DNA from: Octopus sinensis
Taxonomy: Eukaryota
Reading direction: 5' to 3'
DNA length: 64,000 nucleotides
NCBI RefSeq assembly: GCF_006345805.1
Contig: NC_043020.1
Coordinates: 12,710,001 to 12,774,000, forward strand
Shown here: piece after piece, positions 11,801 to 25,673 of the stretch
How positions within the stretch are numbered: position 1 is the stretch's first letter
Layout: every line of letters begins with the position of its first letter
Made by a program: the position numbers and the translations under genes
Notes under the pieces: model-generated
The model's input: the letters and a program-made list of their open reading frames with translations, nothing else
What the model was told of the DNA's origin: nothing
The model's database searches: none

Positions 11801-14800
11801 GTGCAGGTGGCACGTAAAAAACACTATTTGAGCATGACCGTTGCCAGTACCACCTGACTGGCCCTAGTGCCGGCGGCACATAGAAGTACCCACTACACTC
11901 TCGGAGTGGTTGGTGTTAGGAAGGGCATCCAACTGTTGAAATTCTGCCAGATCAGATCGGGGCCTGGTGCTGCCATCTGGTTCACCAGTCCTTAGTCAAA
12001 TCGTCCAACCCATGCTAGCATGGAAAGTGGACATTAAACGATGATGATGATAATGACGATCCAGATGAGTCCTTAGAGGTAGTAAATAGGGTTAGGGTTA
12101 CCAAATTAGTAGTGGAGGAAGGTGCTCTGAATATGTAATTGCTAGAAAAAAAATCAGTTGGGCAAAGTTCAGAGAGCTTTTACTCTTGTTAATGAAGGGC
12201 CTCTCTCTCTCTCTCTCTGAGAGTGAAAAGCAGATTGTATGACATTTGTGTATGGATAGCTATGCTACATGTCAGTGAAACATGGGCTGTGAATGCAGAG
12301 GACATGTGAAGGCTTGAAAGAAAGAAAAGCAGCATGCTCTGCTGGATGCGCATTGTCAGTGTGCAGGTACAACAAAGTGTAAATGAGAAAAATTGGGTAT
12401 AAGTGGCATCAGATGTAGTGTGCAAGAGAGACTGTGCTGGTATGACAGCGGCGAGCTGGCAGAATCGTTAGCACGTCGGGCGAAATGCTTAGCGGTATTT
12501 TGGCCGCCGTTATGTTGTGAGCTCAAATTCCGCCGAGGTCGACTTTGCCTTTCATCCTTTCGCGGTCGATAAATTAAGTACCAGTTACGCACTGGGGTCG
12601 GTGTAATCGACTCAATCCCTATGTCTGTCCATGTTTGTCCCCTCTGTGTTTAGCTCCTAGTGGGTAATAAAGAAATAGGTATTTCGGCCGCCGTTACGTT
12701 GTGAGTTCAAATTCCGCCGAGGTCGACTTTGCCTTACATCCTTTCGGGGTCGATAAATTAAGTATCAGTTACGCACTGGGGTTGATGTAATCGACTCAAT
12801 CCCTATGTCTGTTCATGTTTGTCCCCTCTATGTTTAGCCCCTTGTGGGTAATAAAGAAATAGGTATTTTGGCCGCCGTTACGTTGTGAGTTCAAATTCCG
12901 CCGAGGTCAACTTTGCCTTTCGTCCTTTCGGGGTCGATAAATTAAGTATCAGTTACGCACTGGGGTTGATGTAATCGACTCAATCCCTATGTCTGTTCAT
13001 GTTTGTCCCCTCTATGTTTAGCCCCTTGTGGGTAATAAAGAAATAGGTATTTTGGCCGCCGTTACGTTGTGAGTTCAAATTCCGCCGAGGTCAACTTTGC
13101 CTTCGTCCTTTCGGGGTCGATAAATTAAGTATCAGTTACGCACTGGGGTTGATGTAATCGACTCAATCCCTATGTCTGTTCATGTTTGTCCCCTCTATGT
13201 TTAGCCCCTTGTGGTAATAAAGAAATAGGTATTTTGGCCGCCGTTACGTTGTGAGTTCAAATTCCGCCGAGGTCAAACTTTGCCTTTCGTCCTTTCGGGG
13301 TCGATAAATTAAGTACCAGTTACGCACTGGGGTCGATGTAATCAACTCAATCCCTATGTCTGTCCATGTTTGTCCCGTTTATGTTTAGCCCCTTGTGGGT
13401 AATAAAGAAATAGGTATTTTGGCCGCCGTTACGTTGTGAGTTCAAATTCCGCCGAGGTCAAACTTTGCCTTTCGTCCTTTCGGGGTCGATAAATTAAGTA
13501 CCAGTTACGCACTGGGGTCGATGTAATCAACTCAATCCCTATGTCTGTCCATGTTTGTCCCCTCTATGTTTAGCCCCTTGTGGGTAATAAAGAAATAGGT
13601 ATTTCGGCCGCCGTTACGTTGTGAGTTCAAATTCCGCCGAGGTCGACTTTGCCTTTCGTCCTTTCGGGGTCGATAAATTAAGTACCAGTTACGCACTGGG
13701 GTCGATGTAATCAACTCAATCCCTATGTCTGTTCATGTTTGTCCCCTCTGTGTTTAGCCCCTTGTGGGTAATAAAGAAATAGGTATTTTGGCCGCCGTTA
13801 CGTTGTGAGTTCAAATTCCGCCGAGGTCAACTTTGCCTTTCGTCCTTTCGGGGTCGATAAATTAAGTACCAGTTACGCACTGGGGTCGATGTAATCAACT
13901 CAATCCCTATGTCTGTCCATGTTTGTCCCCTCTATGTTTAGCCCCTTGTGGGTAATAAAGAAATAGGTATGGCCATATGATGCATATGTATGAAGACAGC
14001 TGCCCAAAGCAGTGTTGATCACTGAATGTGGATGGAAAATGTGGAAGGGGAAGATCCATGAAGATGTGGTATGAAGTGGTGAAAAATGATTTTCAAATGG
14101 TGAACTTCACAGAGGGGGATGATGAAGGACTGAGATGATGGTCAGTTTGCTGTGCTTGGGAAGACCTGGCCAATTAAGTAAAATCCGTTTCAACTCCACT
14201 CTCCCTTCAATTGAGGGGCCTTTGTCTTCCAAGTCACTTGGTGACTCCACTGTTACTGGTACCACATAAGCATGCATCCAGTACACTCTGTAAAGGGGTT
14301 GGTGTTAAGAAAGATACCCAACTGTAGAAACTATGCTAAAACAGAGTTAAGCTTCGTACAGTCTTCTGTCTCATCTCACAATTAGAGATCACTTCTTTAT
14401 GCACCTGTTCTCGCCCATGATGGAAGCACTCCGTCAGTTACGACGACGAGGGTTCCGGTTGATCCGAATCAACGGAACAGCCTGCTCGTGAAATTAACGT
14501 GTAAGTGGCTGAGCACTCCACAGACACGTGTACCCTTAACGTAGTTCTTGGGGATATTCAGCGTGACACAGAGAGTGACAAGTCCGGCCCCTTGAAATAC
14601 AGGTACAATAGAAACAGGAAGTAAGAGTGAGAGAAAGTTGTGGTGAAAGAGTACAGCAGGGATCACCACCATCCCCTGCCGGAGCCTCGTGGAGCTTTGA
14701 GGTGTTTTCGCTCAATAAACACTCACAACGCCCGGTCTGGGAATCGAAACCGCGATCCTACGACTGCGAGTCCGCTGCCCTAACCACTGGGCCATTGCGC

Positions 14801-17800
14801 CTCCATGTTCTCACCCATATGCATCATATGACCATACCAACACAATCTTCTCCTATGCATGTAACATCTGATGCCTCTTATACCCAACTATTCTCTTAAA
14901 TCCTTTATGTAATCATACATGCACGCTGACATTACCCATCCAGCAGAGCATCATCATCATCATCATCGTTAAACGTCAGTTCTCCATGCTAGCACGGGTT
15001 GGACGGTTCAACCGGGGATCTGGGAAGCCAGGAGGCTGCACCAGGCTCTGGTCTTATCTGGCAATGTTTCTACAGCTGGATGCCCTTCCTAACGCCAACC
15101 ACTCCGTGAGTGTAGTGGGTGCTTTTTACGTGCCACCTGCACTGATGCCAGGCGAGGTTGGCATCGGCCACGGTCGGATTGGTGCATTTTACGTGCCACC
15201 TGCACGGAAGCCAGTCGAGGCGGCACTGGCTTCGGCCACGATTCGGATGGTGCTTTTTACGTGCCACCGACACGGAAGCCAGTCGAGCATGTTGGTTGCA
15301 TTTCTTTTAAGCCTTCTCAGTTCCACTCTAGTCATAACCCATGTTTCACTACCATGCAGCATAGCCATATGTACACTGTCCAGCCCATGCCTGCATGGAA
15401 AACTGATTTTAAATGATGATGATGATGGTTCATTTGAAAGCTGGGATCTTTTCCTTTTGAACGGCAGTTTGTAATATAATTTCTAGGTAACTAAAAAATT
15501 TTAAACTTCGTATACTAGTGGGGAAGAGTATCTTTTTTCTTCACAAATGTAAATAAACCTAATCTGTTTCTTAACCCTTTAGTGTTCAGATTATTCTGTC
15601 AAATGTGATGTTTGTTTATTTAAAATGGTTTGAATTAATCATGCATTATCTTGTAGTTTAGAGATTTCGGTGATGTGATTTTTTAGCTTTAGAACGACAT
15701 GGTTGGGCTGAGATGAAAGGTGAGATCTGGTCAGTTTCAATATATAACAGGTTAAATATTTTGGCCAGATATGGCCGGTTTGAATGCTAAAGGGTTAAAG
15801 GAGGGACATATTCATTATGCACAGAATGTTATTTACGTCAATGGAGGTAATTGATTGGTTAAAATTGCCGAAATGCAAGAAATTTTAGACAAAATATGTT
15901 ACAACCTATAAAATTTTCTCAAGAAAGCCAAGAGAAAATGATGTTTTATAAACACATTCTACCAGTATACGAAGTTTAACATTTTTTAGTTACCTAGAAA
16001 TTATGTTAAAAACTGCTGTTCAAAAGGAAAAGATCCGAAAGCTGTCTTGGACATGGATGTATCCCCCATCTCTACTGACTCTGTACAAATTACTGATACA
16101 TTTTGCTTGGCTCCCTAACATTAATCTCTCTAGCTGCCTCCACCTATAAAAGCTGTTAAGAAAATAGGTTTTCTTGTTTGTTGTTGATGATTTAATAACA
16201 GTGTAACAGGATTAAAAAGAGAAAAAAAAAATCTGAGGAAACAAAATCTCCCATGTATGCACAGACTTGTGTATATGTAGGTTAGTGTATATAAAACAAT
16301 TATGTGCCATGTATAAGAATCTTATCACTGACTACCTTTAGTGACAATAAACCATCTTAAAACAAGCTGTCTAGTAGTGCACTTGATCTTGACCTTAAAT
16401 TTCTTTGCCCTGAAGATATTCTGTTTATTTGAATGGGAATTATCTTAACAAAAGGCTGCCTTTTTTTTTTCTATTCCTTTTAAATAATTGAAAAAAACCC
16501 CAAAAAACATGTTTAATCGGATTAGAGAAGAGAGAGAGAGAGAGCAGCCAGAAGTACTTGCTCACAATTTAACGCACAGCAAATGAAACAGTGAAGAAAT
16601 ATAATTAGTGATCCCTCGTTTATCGCGGTAGATTGGTTACGAGACAGGCTGCGATAACTGAATTTCTGTGAAGTAGTGACACCATATTTACAGTATTTAT
16701 TTAACGTGTATTTGGACTTTTAACCCTTTAGTATTTAAACCGGCCATATCCGGCCAAAATAGCTAATCTGTTTTATGTTCAAACTAACCAGATCCAGGCT
16801 CTCACACCTACTCTACAATGTTATTCTACATTAAGTAATTACACCATCAAGATCTTGAAGATATGAGACGATGCATGATTAATTCAAATCAATGTGAATC
16901 AATAGGCATTATGTTTGATTCAATAATCTGAACACTAAAGGGTTAACAACCCACCCATTACAGTAGTCTATTAATAACAAGGACAACTGTTAAGCAATAA
17001 CACTTTAGATTTAAAAAGATAAAGATTGTTACTGTACTCAACACGAAAGAAGTTGAAGTAAAATTTGGATGGTGACTTTGAAGACCCAACAAATGAAGTG
17101 AGCTCATGGCTTGCAGGACGGCCTGTTGTGCTTGAGGAGACCTATTTTGTCAAGTTCATCAACATCAAATAAAAATTGTATGGATATTGTAGTTGTGATA
17201 CCTGTGCCGGTAGCACATTGGGCCTCACAGAGGAAATGACGAAGACCGAGACCTCTGAGATATGCTGTGACTGTGAAGACCCGCCGAATGAAGTGAGTTC
17301 GTGGCTTGCAGGACGGCCTGCTGTGCTAACCTTGGATCGTAGAGTGACCCGCTGTGCTTGAGGAGACCTAGTGAGTCAAGTACATCAACACCAACATCAA
17401 AATAAAAATCAAATGGAAATTGTAGTTAAGATACCTGTGCCGGTGACACGTAAAAAGCACCGTCCGAACATGGCACATGCCAGCACCGCCTGACTGGCGT
17501 CCGTGTCGGTGACACGTAAAAGCACCGCCCGATCGTGGCCATTTGTCAGCCTCCTCTGGCCCCTGTGCTGGTGGCACGTAAAAAGCACCCACTACACTCA
17601 CGGAGTGGTTGGCGTTAGGAAGGGCATCCAGCTGTAGAAACACTGCCAGATCAGACTGGAGCCTGGCGCAGCCTCCTGGCTTCCCAGACCCCAGTCAAAC
17701 CGTCCATGCTAGCAAGGAAAATGGACGTTAAACAATGACGATGATGATGATTTTAATAAGTTGATACCCAACAGACTTAACTTCAGTAGATGGGATCACA

Positions 17801-20800
17801 TATCCAGAGATGAAATAGGTAATGCTTTGAAGGGAAGGATAGCCTAAACTTTAGTAGACGGGGTTGGCAACTCTGGACCATGTTTTGGTCTTAGTAAATC
17901 TCTTCAGTTCAGTTTGGGGAAAAGTTGTGAAGTAAGGAACAAAGCAGAGTGTATAGCTTACATAATAAGCATATGGGAATGAACTTGCAGTTCCTCACCG
18001 AAGTAGGAACCAAATGTGCTGGTGGCACATAAAAAGCACCCACTACACTCACAGAGTGGTTGGCGTTAGGAATGGCATCCAGTTATAGTTAGTTAGTTAG
18101 TTAGTTAATTTGGCTCAAAAGCAAATAGCAAGGCCATGTAGGGGGACATGGAGTTAAGTACAGGGTGGTGTTCATGTAAAGAGTTCGGGCCACTTGAGGT
18201 CAAGGGAGGCTTTGAACAAAGCGGTCGTCGGCATCTTCACCATCTCGTCTGGCAGCTTATTCCACGGATCCGCAACCCGGACGGAGAAAGCTCCTCTCGT
18301 TCGATTGAGATGAAATCGTCGCAGGTAGAGCTTTTCGGAGTGACCCCGCAGCCAACGCTCTGGAGCAGGAGTGAAGAACAGCTCTTTCAAGAGGTTACAC
18401 TTTCCGCTTATGATGCTGTGGGCGAGAATGAGATCACCACGGCGGCAGCGTTTTTCTAGAAACACTGCCAGATCAGACTGGAGCCTGGTGCAGCCTCCTG
18501 GCTTCCCAGACCCCAGTCGAACCATCCAACCCATGCTAGCATGGAAAAAGGACATTAAACGATGATGATGGTGATGAATTTGCTGCGCAGTAGAAATGAT
18601 GATGATGATGAAGCTGACGGCAGTGCCCTTTCCTGGGACACTTCTTCCGAAGGTGCAACCATAGTAGTAGCAGCAGGAACTGGCTCTTTTTTGTGAGGCT
18701 GCAAAAACATTGTGATAGGAAGTTGCTGCCGCTGCTTCTTTTTCCGTTCAAAGAGCATCTTGTAGGGATTCATGACTTCGTCGACCTTGTTGCAAAATTG
18801 CACAGAACGAACCATATCGTCGTCCCATTCCTGTGACCCCTCTTTCAATTCTTTAACCAGGTTGCAGAGCTTGGCCAGCCGTTCCAAAGACTTCTGTTTC
18901 TTGCTGTGTTTCTTCTTCTTCTTAAGATTTAATGAAAAATTTTAGGTGTTCATATATCTTTATATATAAAAGTCAAGTTGTGTGTCTGTCTCCTACGATT
19001 TAGATTCCTAACTACTCCCACATTTTGCGGTGCAGTTTAACCAAAACCGGGTATCTTATAGTCATGATTCATATCGAGCCTTTCTGGGTATTAGCGTGCG
19101 TCTACGATGAGTCTACGATTTTAAAAATAATTTACCATAATTTTTTTCCATTTTAATGCATTTTTTCGCTATTATATAAGGGAAGTAACTTTCTAAAAAT
19201 GTCTACGATGAGTCAACGATTTAAAAAAAAATTTACCATCATTTTTTTCCCATTTTTAATGCATTTATTTTGCTATTTTTTGGCTATAACTCTCTAAAAA
19301 TGCTTATATAGTTATTTCCCTTACAAACCTGAGCAACGCCGGGCGATACTGCTAGTATATGTATATTTAAAAAATCCGCAAAGTCGTGAATCTGCGATAA
19401 TTGAACTGCGAAGTAGCTTAAACTGTGCTCTAAATGGAGGTGTAGTCAAATTCTATTTTATGGACTCAACCATGTTCTAAAGTAAGTCGAAAGGTAAGCT
19501 ACTATAAATCGGCACAAACTTTCCGGACAACCCAATAATAAAAGTACTGATGTGAAACTGTATTTAAAGTACAAGGCTTCAGGTGATTTAAAAAAGTAAT
19601 AATTGTTTTTATTTATATTTTCAGAAACGGAAGAGGAAAAAAGATGATGACAGCATCAGTATTCACAGCTTAGACACTTCATCGTTCAAGGTTTGTAGTA
19701 GGCTCTTTGCTTGTGTGTGTGTGATGGTTTGTTTGTGTTGTGTGTGGTGGCTGACTATGTTCAGAGGAATTACAACCGTGTTTCGTGGTCTGCTACCACA
19801 ACAGCTCCTTTATAGGATCCAGTTAGCTCAAGACGTCATCAGGAGGAACCACGTCCCCTACACCTCTACCATTTTGACGTGGCGGGGCCCCCCCACCTTT
19901 CGGAGGTGTCTTCAGCTCTGGTGTTGGGTGCATGTCTACTTTCTTCTGTTCCCTGGCCTTTTCGATGTATCGTCAGCCGGTGACTGACTGTCTTGTCAAA
20001 TTTCTCTCTTTAAATACCTGCCGCATAGGCTCCAGCAGGCAGCCCCAGCAAGTTGTCACGTGACACTGTCTCACCTTGACTGACTAGTGAAGGCGCGTAG
20101 TTTTAGCCCACACTTTTTCTAAACGACCGTCACCTGTCAGGCAGCCCCAACAAGTTGTCACGTGATACTGTCTCACCTTAACTGACTAGTGAAGTGGGTT
20201 TTGAAACGTGAATTTTGTGATTTTATTTTATTTTGTTTTCATTGACTGCTGGTTTTTTTAGTTCCAAGCCAGCCCTGATTCTGCCATAACCATTCCTTCT
20301 TTTAGTCACATGTACATCTAGAATAGGGGTTCTCAAATAGTTTTATAATTATGGACCCTGTGCCAGTGGCATGTAAAGAGCACTCAACATACTTAAGTGG
20401 TTGGCCTTAGGAAGAAGGGCATCCAACTGTAGAAGTTGTGCCACAACAGACAATTGTAGTCTGGACAGCTATATTGTGAAACCCTCCAACCCATGCCAGC
20501 ATGGAAAACATGTTAACTGAGGATGATAATGGACCCTTTTGATTACTGTTTCATTTTGGTGGACCCACATAGCCATTCAGTGTTCAAAAGCTACCGTAAA
20601 TCCTCGAGTATGGTCTGCCCTTGAGTATAATATGCAGGTGATTTTTAGGGGGTTGTAACTCTGAAAAACCTAAACCTTGTGTATAATACGCACCCCTTCT
20701 CTAACTTGAGTCGTGTGTAATTAAGCCAGCAGCACCTAGTCGAACAAACACTTCCGTGCATGCGTAATACATTAATGGTGATGTTCTTAACTGTTATATG

Positions 20801-23800
20801 GGAATGTAAATATGTTTGCAAATTGTTTTTGTTACATGTTATTCTGTGTTCTGAATACTTTTATTTTAATAAATGTTGCTTACTGCAAGTTATGGATGAT
20901 TCTTTTATGACTTCATTGCTTTCAGGCTTAGCTTAAGGTATTTTTGCACCCGACATCACAAAGTGCGTCTGAATAAACATTGCCAGACAGCAAATAGAGA
21001 CTCGGACATTGCTTAGAAAATATTTTTCATTTTTAACCTCGTATATAGTACGCACTAGGGATTTTGACCTTTAAGTTTTGGGGAAAAAATGCGGATTATA
21101 CTCGAGGATTTACTGTAGTTTTATAGAAGCTTCTTTCAAAATTCCTATTTTGATTTTTCACTCGTTAACTTGTGTATGTTGAATTACTATGGAAAATGTT
21201 AGAGAAAGAAACCTAGCTGTTTCTTGCAATACATACCAGTATGTACATATAAAGAAAAACTTTTCCAAGGGCCTTTACAATACTCTCATGGATCCCCAAT
21301 TTACTATTTTGTTGCGTGGGCCCCAGGGGGCACATAAGATTTTGTTAAAATTTATGCGCAATGAATTAGTAATACTTCTACACAAAGTATTATAATATTT
21401 TTTTAAGCAATTCTTGATAATATTTAATTATAAAAATACAGTAAGATTTTTTTTTATATATATATACACTCTCGGAGTGGTTGGTGTTAGGAAGGGCATC
21501 CAGCTGTAGAAACTCTGCCAAATCAAGATTGGAGCCTGCTGCAGCCATCTGGTTCACCAGTCCTCAGTCAAATCGTCCAACCCATGCTAGCATGGAAAGC
21601 GGAGTTAAACGATGATGATGATGCAGTGAATAGCTATGAGGGTCCACTAGAGCAATATAGGAATCAAAGGAGTCCAAAGGCAAAAAATGATTGGGAACCA
21701 CTGATGTAGAATCACATTATCGAATATGTTGTTCCTTTTTAGACAGTGTGATTAGATCGAGATTTAGCTATTATTTCTAGCAAATTAAGCAACCATGTAA
21801 CAGTTTCTTCAGTGACAATTTTTGGAAAGATTTGGGATCTTTTCTGTTTGGCTGCCATTTTCCAATTTCTTCCAATTTTTATTCCAATTGATTTCATATT
21901 TGGCGTATTGGTGTAGTTTAGTGAGGTAATCATTGACATGAAACTCATTTTTGCCATAAATCAATAGTTGATAGCTTATAAAGTTTGCAAATTTTGGGTA
22001 ATTTTAGCCAATCGAAAACCACAGATATATAGGTGCCTGTTTCCATAGTAGCTGTTTAACCCTTTTGATACCAACCCACCTGAATTCACCCTTGGTTCTA
22101 TGATACAAACTTGTTGAGTTAATCTAAATCAGTGGTTCTCAACCAGGGTCTATTTGGCCTGGGGACAGTGAGGTGGGGGTGGTCCATATAGGATTGTGTT
22201 GTTAAAATTTATTTGCAAAATATTTTAACAATTTTTCTTTATACAATTCCTAATGATATTTAATTATAAAAATACAATAGGAATTTTTAAAACATCAAAT
22301 GGTTATAATAATAATATAATAATAATAATAATTGTGTACAGTGCTCAGGTGCACTACAACTCATCTAAAGTGTATATATAATCAGGTGTAGTTTTGGCGG
22401 ATTTCGGAAAGCATGAGGGCCTTAAAGGATGCAGTGTCATGGCAGTCAACAACTGACGCAAGCAGTTTATTCCATGCTTCAGCAACTCTGAGCGTGAAAA
22501 AATGTTTCCGAAAGTCATGGGAGCTGTGTAGTTTTCTGATTTTGTAGGCATGTCCACGTGTGTTAGACACATGGAGATCAAAAAGGTGTTCAATGAGAAT
22601 CCATCCAAGGGAAACCAGAATCAAAGGGGTGTGGGTCCATAGAAAAAAAACGGTTGTAAACTACTGTTCTATATTAAAACCTGCCATCAAAATTTCCTGT
22701 TGGTTTATATTCTAAACACTAGCTTAACGACAAAGTTGTTTCACTAAATTCTTTATTTTCTAAATTAATTGAAACAAAAGCACTGCATTTTAGCAGAAAT
22801 CATCATCATCATCATCGTTTAACGTCCGTTCTCCATGCTAGCATGGGTTGGACGGTTTGACCGGGGATCCGGGAAGCCAGAAGGCTGCACCAGGCTCCAG
22901 TCTTATCTGGCAATGTTTCTACAGCTGGATACCCTTCCTAACGCCAACCACTCCGTGAGTGTAGTGGGTGCTTTTTACGTGCCACCTGCACAGGTGCCAG
23001 GCTGGCAACGGCCACGGTCGGATTGGCGTATTTTACGTGCCACCAGACCAGGGATCCTGGCTGGTTCAATTCGATTTCGATTCCATGTTAACAAAAGGGT
23101 TGAGGCTGTGGCATAGCTTTTTTTGTTTTTAAAAAATTCCTGTTAGGTAAATATTCATTTGTTTAACCTATACAGCAGTGCTTTTCAACCATTTTTTGTT
23201 TTTTTTTGTTATCTATGGACCCCCGTTTTGATTTTTATTTTACTTTGGTGGACCCCCATAGCTACTCTCTTTTACTCTTGTTTCAGTCGTTTGACTGTGG
23301 CCATGCTGGAGCACTGCCTTTAGTCGAGCAAATCGACCCAGGGACTTATTCTATGTAAGCCTGGTGCTTTTTCTATCGGTCTCTTTTGTTGAAACGCTAA
23401 GTTACGGGGATGTAAACACACCAGCATCAGTTGTCAAGCGATGTTGAGGGGACAAACACAGACACACAAACACACACACACATATATATATACATATATA
23501 CGACAGGCTTCTTTCAGTTTCCGTCTACCAAATCCACTCACAAGGCATTGGTCGGCCCGGGGCTTTAGCAGAATACACTTGCCCAAGATGCCGCGCAGTG
23601 GGACTGAACCCGGAACCATGTCCTTCGTAAGCAAGCTACTTACCACAGCCACTCCTATGCCTTTTCAATGTTTAAAAAAAAATCTCATTGTATTTTTTAT
23701 TATGAAATATTATAAGGAATTGTATTTAAAAAAAAAAGTGTTAAAATATTTGTATTGTAGAATTATAACCAATTTATTGTACATAAATTCTAACAGCAAA

Positions 23801-25627
23801 ATCCTATGGACCCTGATTGAGAATCACAATCGTATAGCTTTGTACTCTGCCTAATTCATTGTTTCCTAAATATTTGTATGTCTGTACATGACATAAGAGT
23901 TCTGAATTTTCCTCAATATTTTTTTTTTTGTTATTGCTCTTTTATCACAAAAAACCAAATACCAAAACCTTTCTATATCATCATCATCGTCATCATCGTC
24001 GTCGTTTAGCGTCTGCTTTCCATGTTAGCATGGGTTGGACGGTTCAACTGGGGTCTGGGAAGCCAGACGGCTGCACCAGACCCAGTCTGATCTGGCAATG
24101 TTTCTACGGCTGGATGCCCTTCCTAACGCCAACCACTCCGTGAGTGTTGTGGGTGCTTTTTACATGCCACCGGCACAGGTGCCAGACGAGGCTGGCAAAC
24201 AGCCACGATTGGATGGTGCTTTTTACGTGCCACCGGCACGGAAGCCAGTCGGGGCTGCGCTGGCATCGGCCACGTTTTTCAATTATATTATTGAAATTGA
24301 GCACGAGTCCCCTTCCTCCAGAATTCAAGCTTTGTGCCTATTGGAGAAAGGAGTATTATTAACCCTTTCAATACCAACTCGGCTGAAATCATCTCCGGCT
24401 CTGTAGTACAAATGCTTTGTTTTCGTAAGTTTTGAATTAAAATCTTCCACCAAACCTATAGGCGCAGGAGTGGCTGTGTGGTAAGTAGCTTGCTTACCAA
24501 CCACATGGTTCCGGGTTCAGTCCCACTGCGTGGCACCTTGGGCAAGTGTCTTCTACTATAGCCTCAGGCCGACCAATGCCTTGTGAGTGGATTTGGTAGA
24601 TGGAAACTGAAAGAAGCCCGTCGTATATATGTATATGTATATATATATATATGTATGTGTGTGTTTGTGTGTCTGTATCTGTCCCCCACCCCCCAACATC
24701 GCCTGACAACCGATGCTGGTGTGTTTGCTTCCGCGTAACTTAGCGGTTTGGCAAAAGAGTCTGATAGAATAAGTACTGGGCTTACAAAGAATAAGTCCTG
24801 GGGTCGATTTGCTCGGCTAAAGACGGTGCTCCAGCATGGCCACAGTCAAATGACTGAAACGAGTAAAAGAGTCAAAGAAAAGAGAAAACCTTAGTCACAA
24901 TTTATGTTCCTAACACCAGCTTGATAACAACTAAGTCATTTTTACCAAATTCTTTGTTATATTAAAAATTAATTGAAAGAAACGCAGAGAGCATCTCAAA
25001 ATAAATATGGTAACGAAAGGGTTAAGGCAGTAAGCTGGTTGCATCATTAGCATGCCAGGGAAAATGCTTTGTGGAATTTTGTCCATCTTTACATTCTCAG
25101 TTCAAATTCTGCCATACTGTTTACTCTTTTACTTGTTTCAGTCATTTGACTGCGGCCATGCTGGAGCACCGCCTTTAGCCGAGCAAATCGACCCCGGAAC
25201 TTATTCTTTTTGTAAGCCCAGTACTTATTCTATCGGTCTCTTTTGCCGAACCGCTAAGTGACGGGGACGTAAACACACCAGCATCGGTTGTCAAGCACCG
25301 CTAGGGGGACAAACACACAAAAACACACACACACACACACATATATATATATGGCTGTTCGCCAGCCTCGTCTGGCACCTGTGTCGGTGGCACATAAAAA
25401 CCACCATCTGAGCGTGGCCATCTGTCAGCCTCGTCTGGCACCTGTGTCGGTGGCACATAAAATCACCCACTACACTCTCGGAGTGGTTGGCGTTAGGAAG
25501 GGCATCCAGCTGTAGAAACACTGCCAGATCTGACTGGCCTGGTGCAGCCTTCGGGCTCGCCAGACCCCAGTTGAACCGTCCAACCCATGCTAGCATGGAA
25601 AGCGGACGTTAAACGATGATGATGATG

Positions 25628-25673
<46 letters not shown>

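Larger units (their letters stand above)
16607..19417 (-). mobile_element. Decayed Tigger/pogo DNA transposon hosting several nested insertions
   Basis: Terminal AGTGATCCCTCGTTTATCGCGG at 16607, related GCGATAA..GAACTGCGAAGTAG at ~19400, and a transposase C-terminus at 18600-18925. Confidence 0.6.

Noticed and set aside
12494-13965. CRISPR-like regular array
   Set aside because: Units are whole SINE 3' halves with no unique spacers; eukaryotic context, no cas genes.
19770-19845. Minus-strand CTGATGA...GAAAC hammerhead candidate
   Set aside because: No sequence after the putative cleavage triplet pairs with the bases before the core, so stem I cannot form. The surrounding 19780-20200 segment remains an unassigned repeat.
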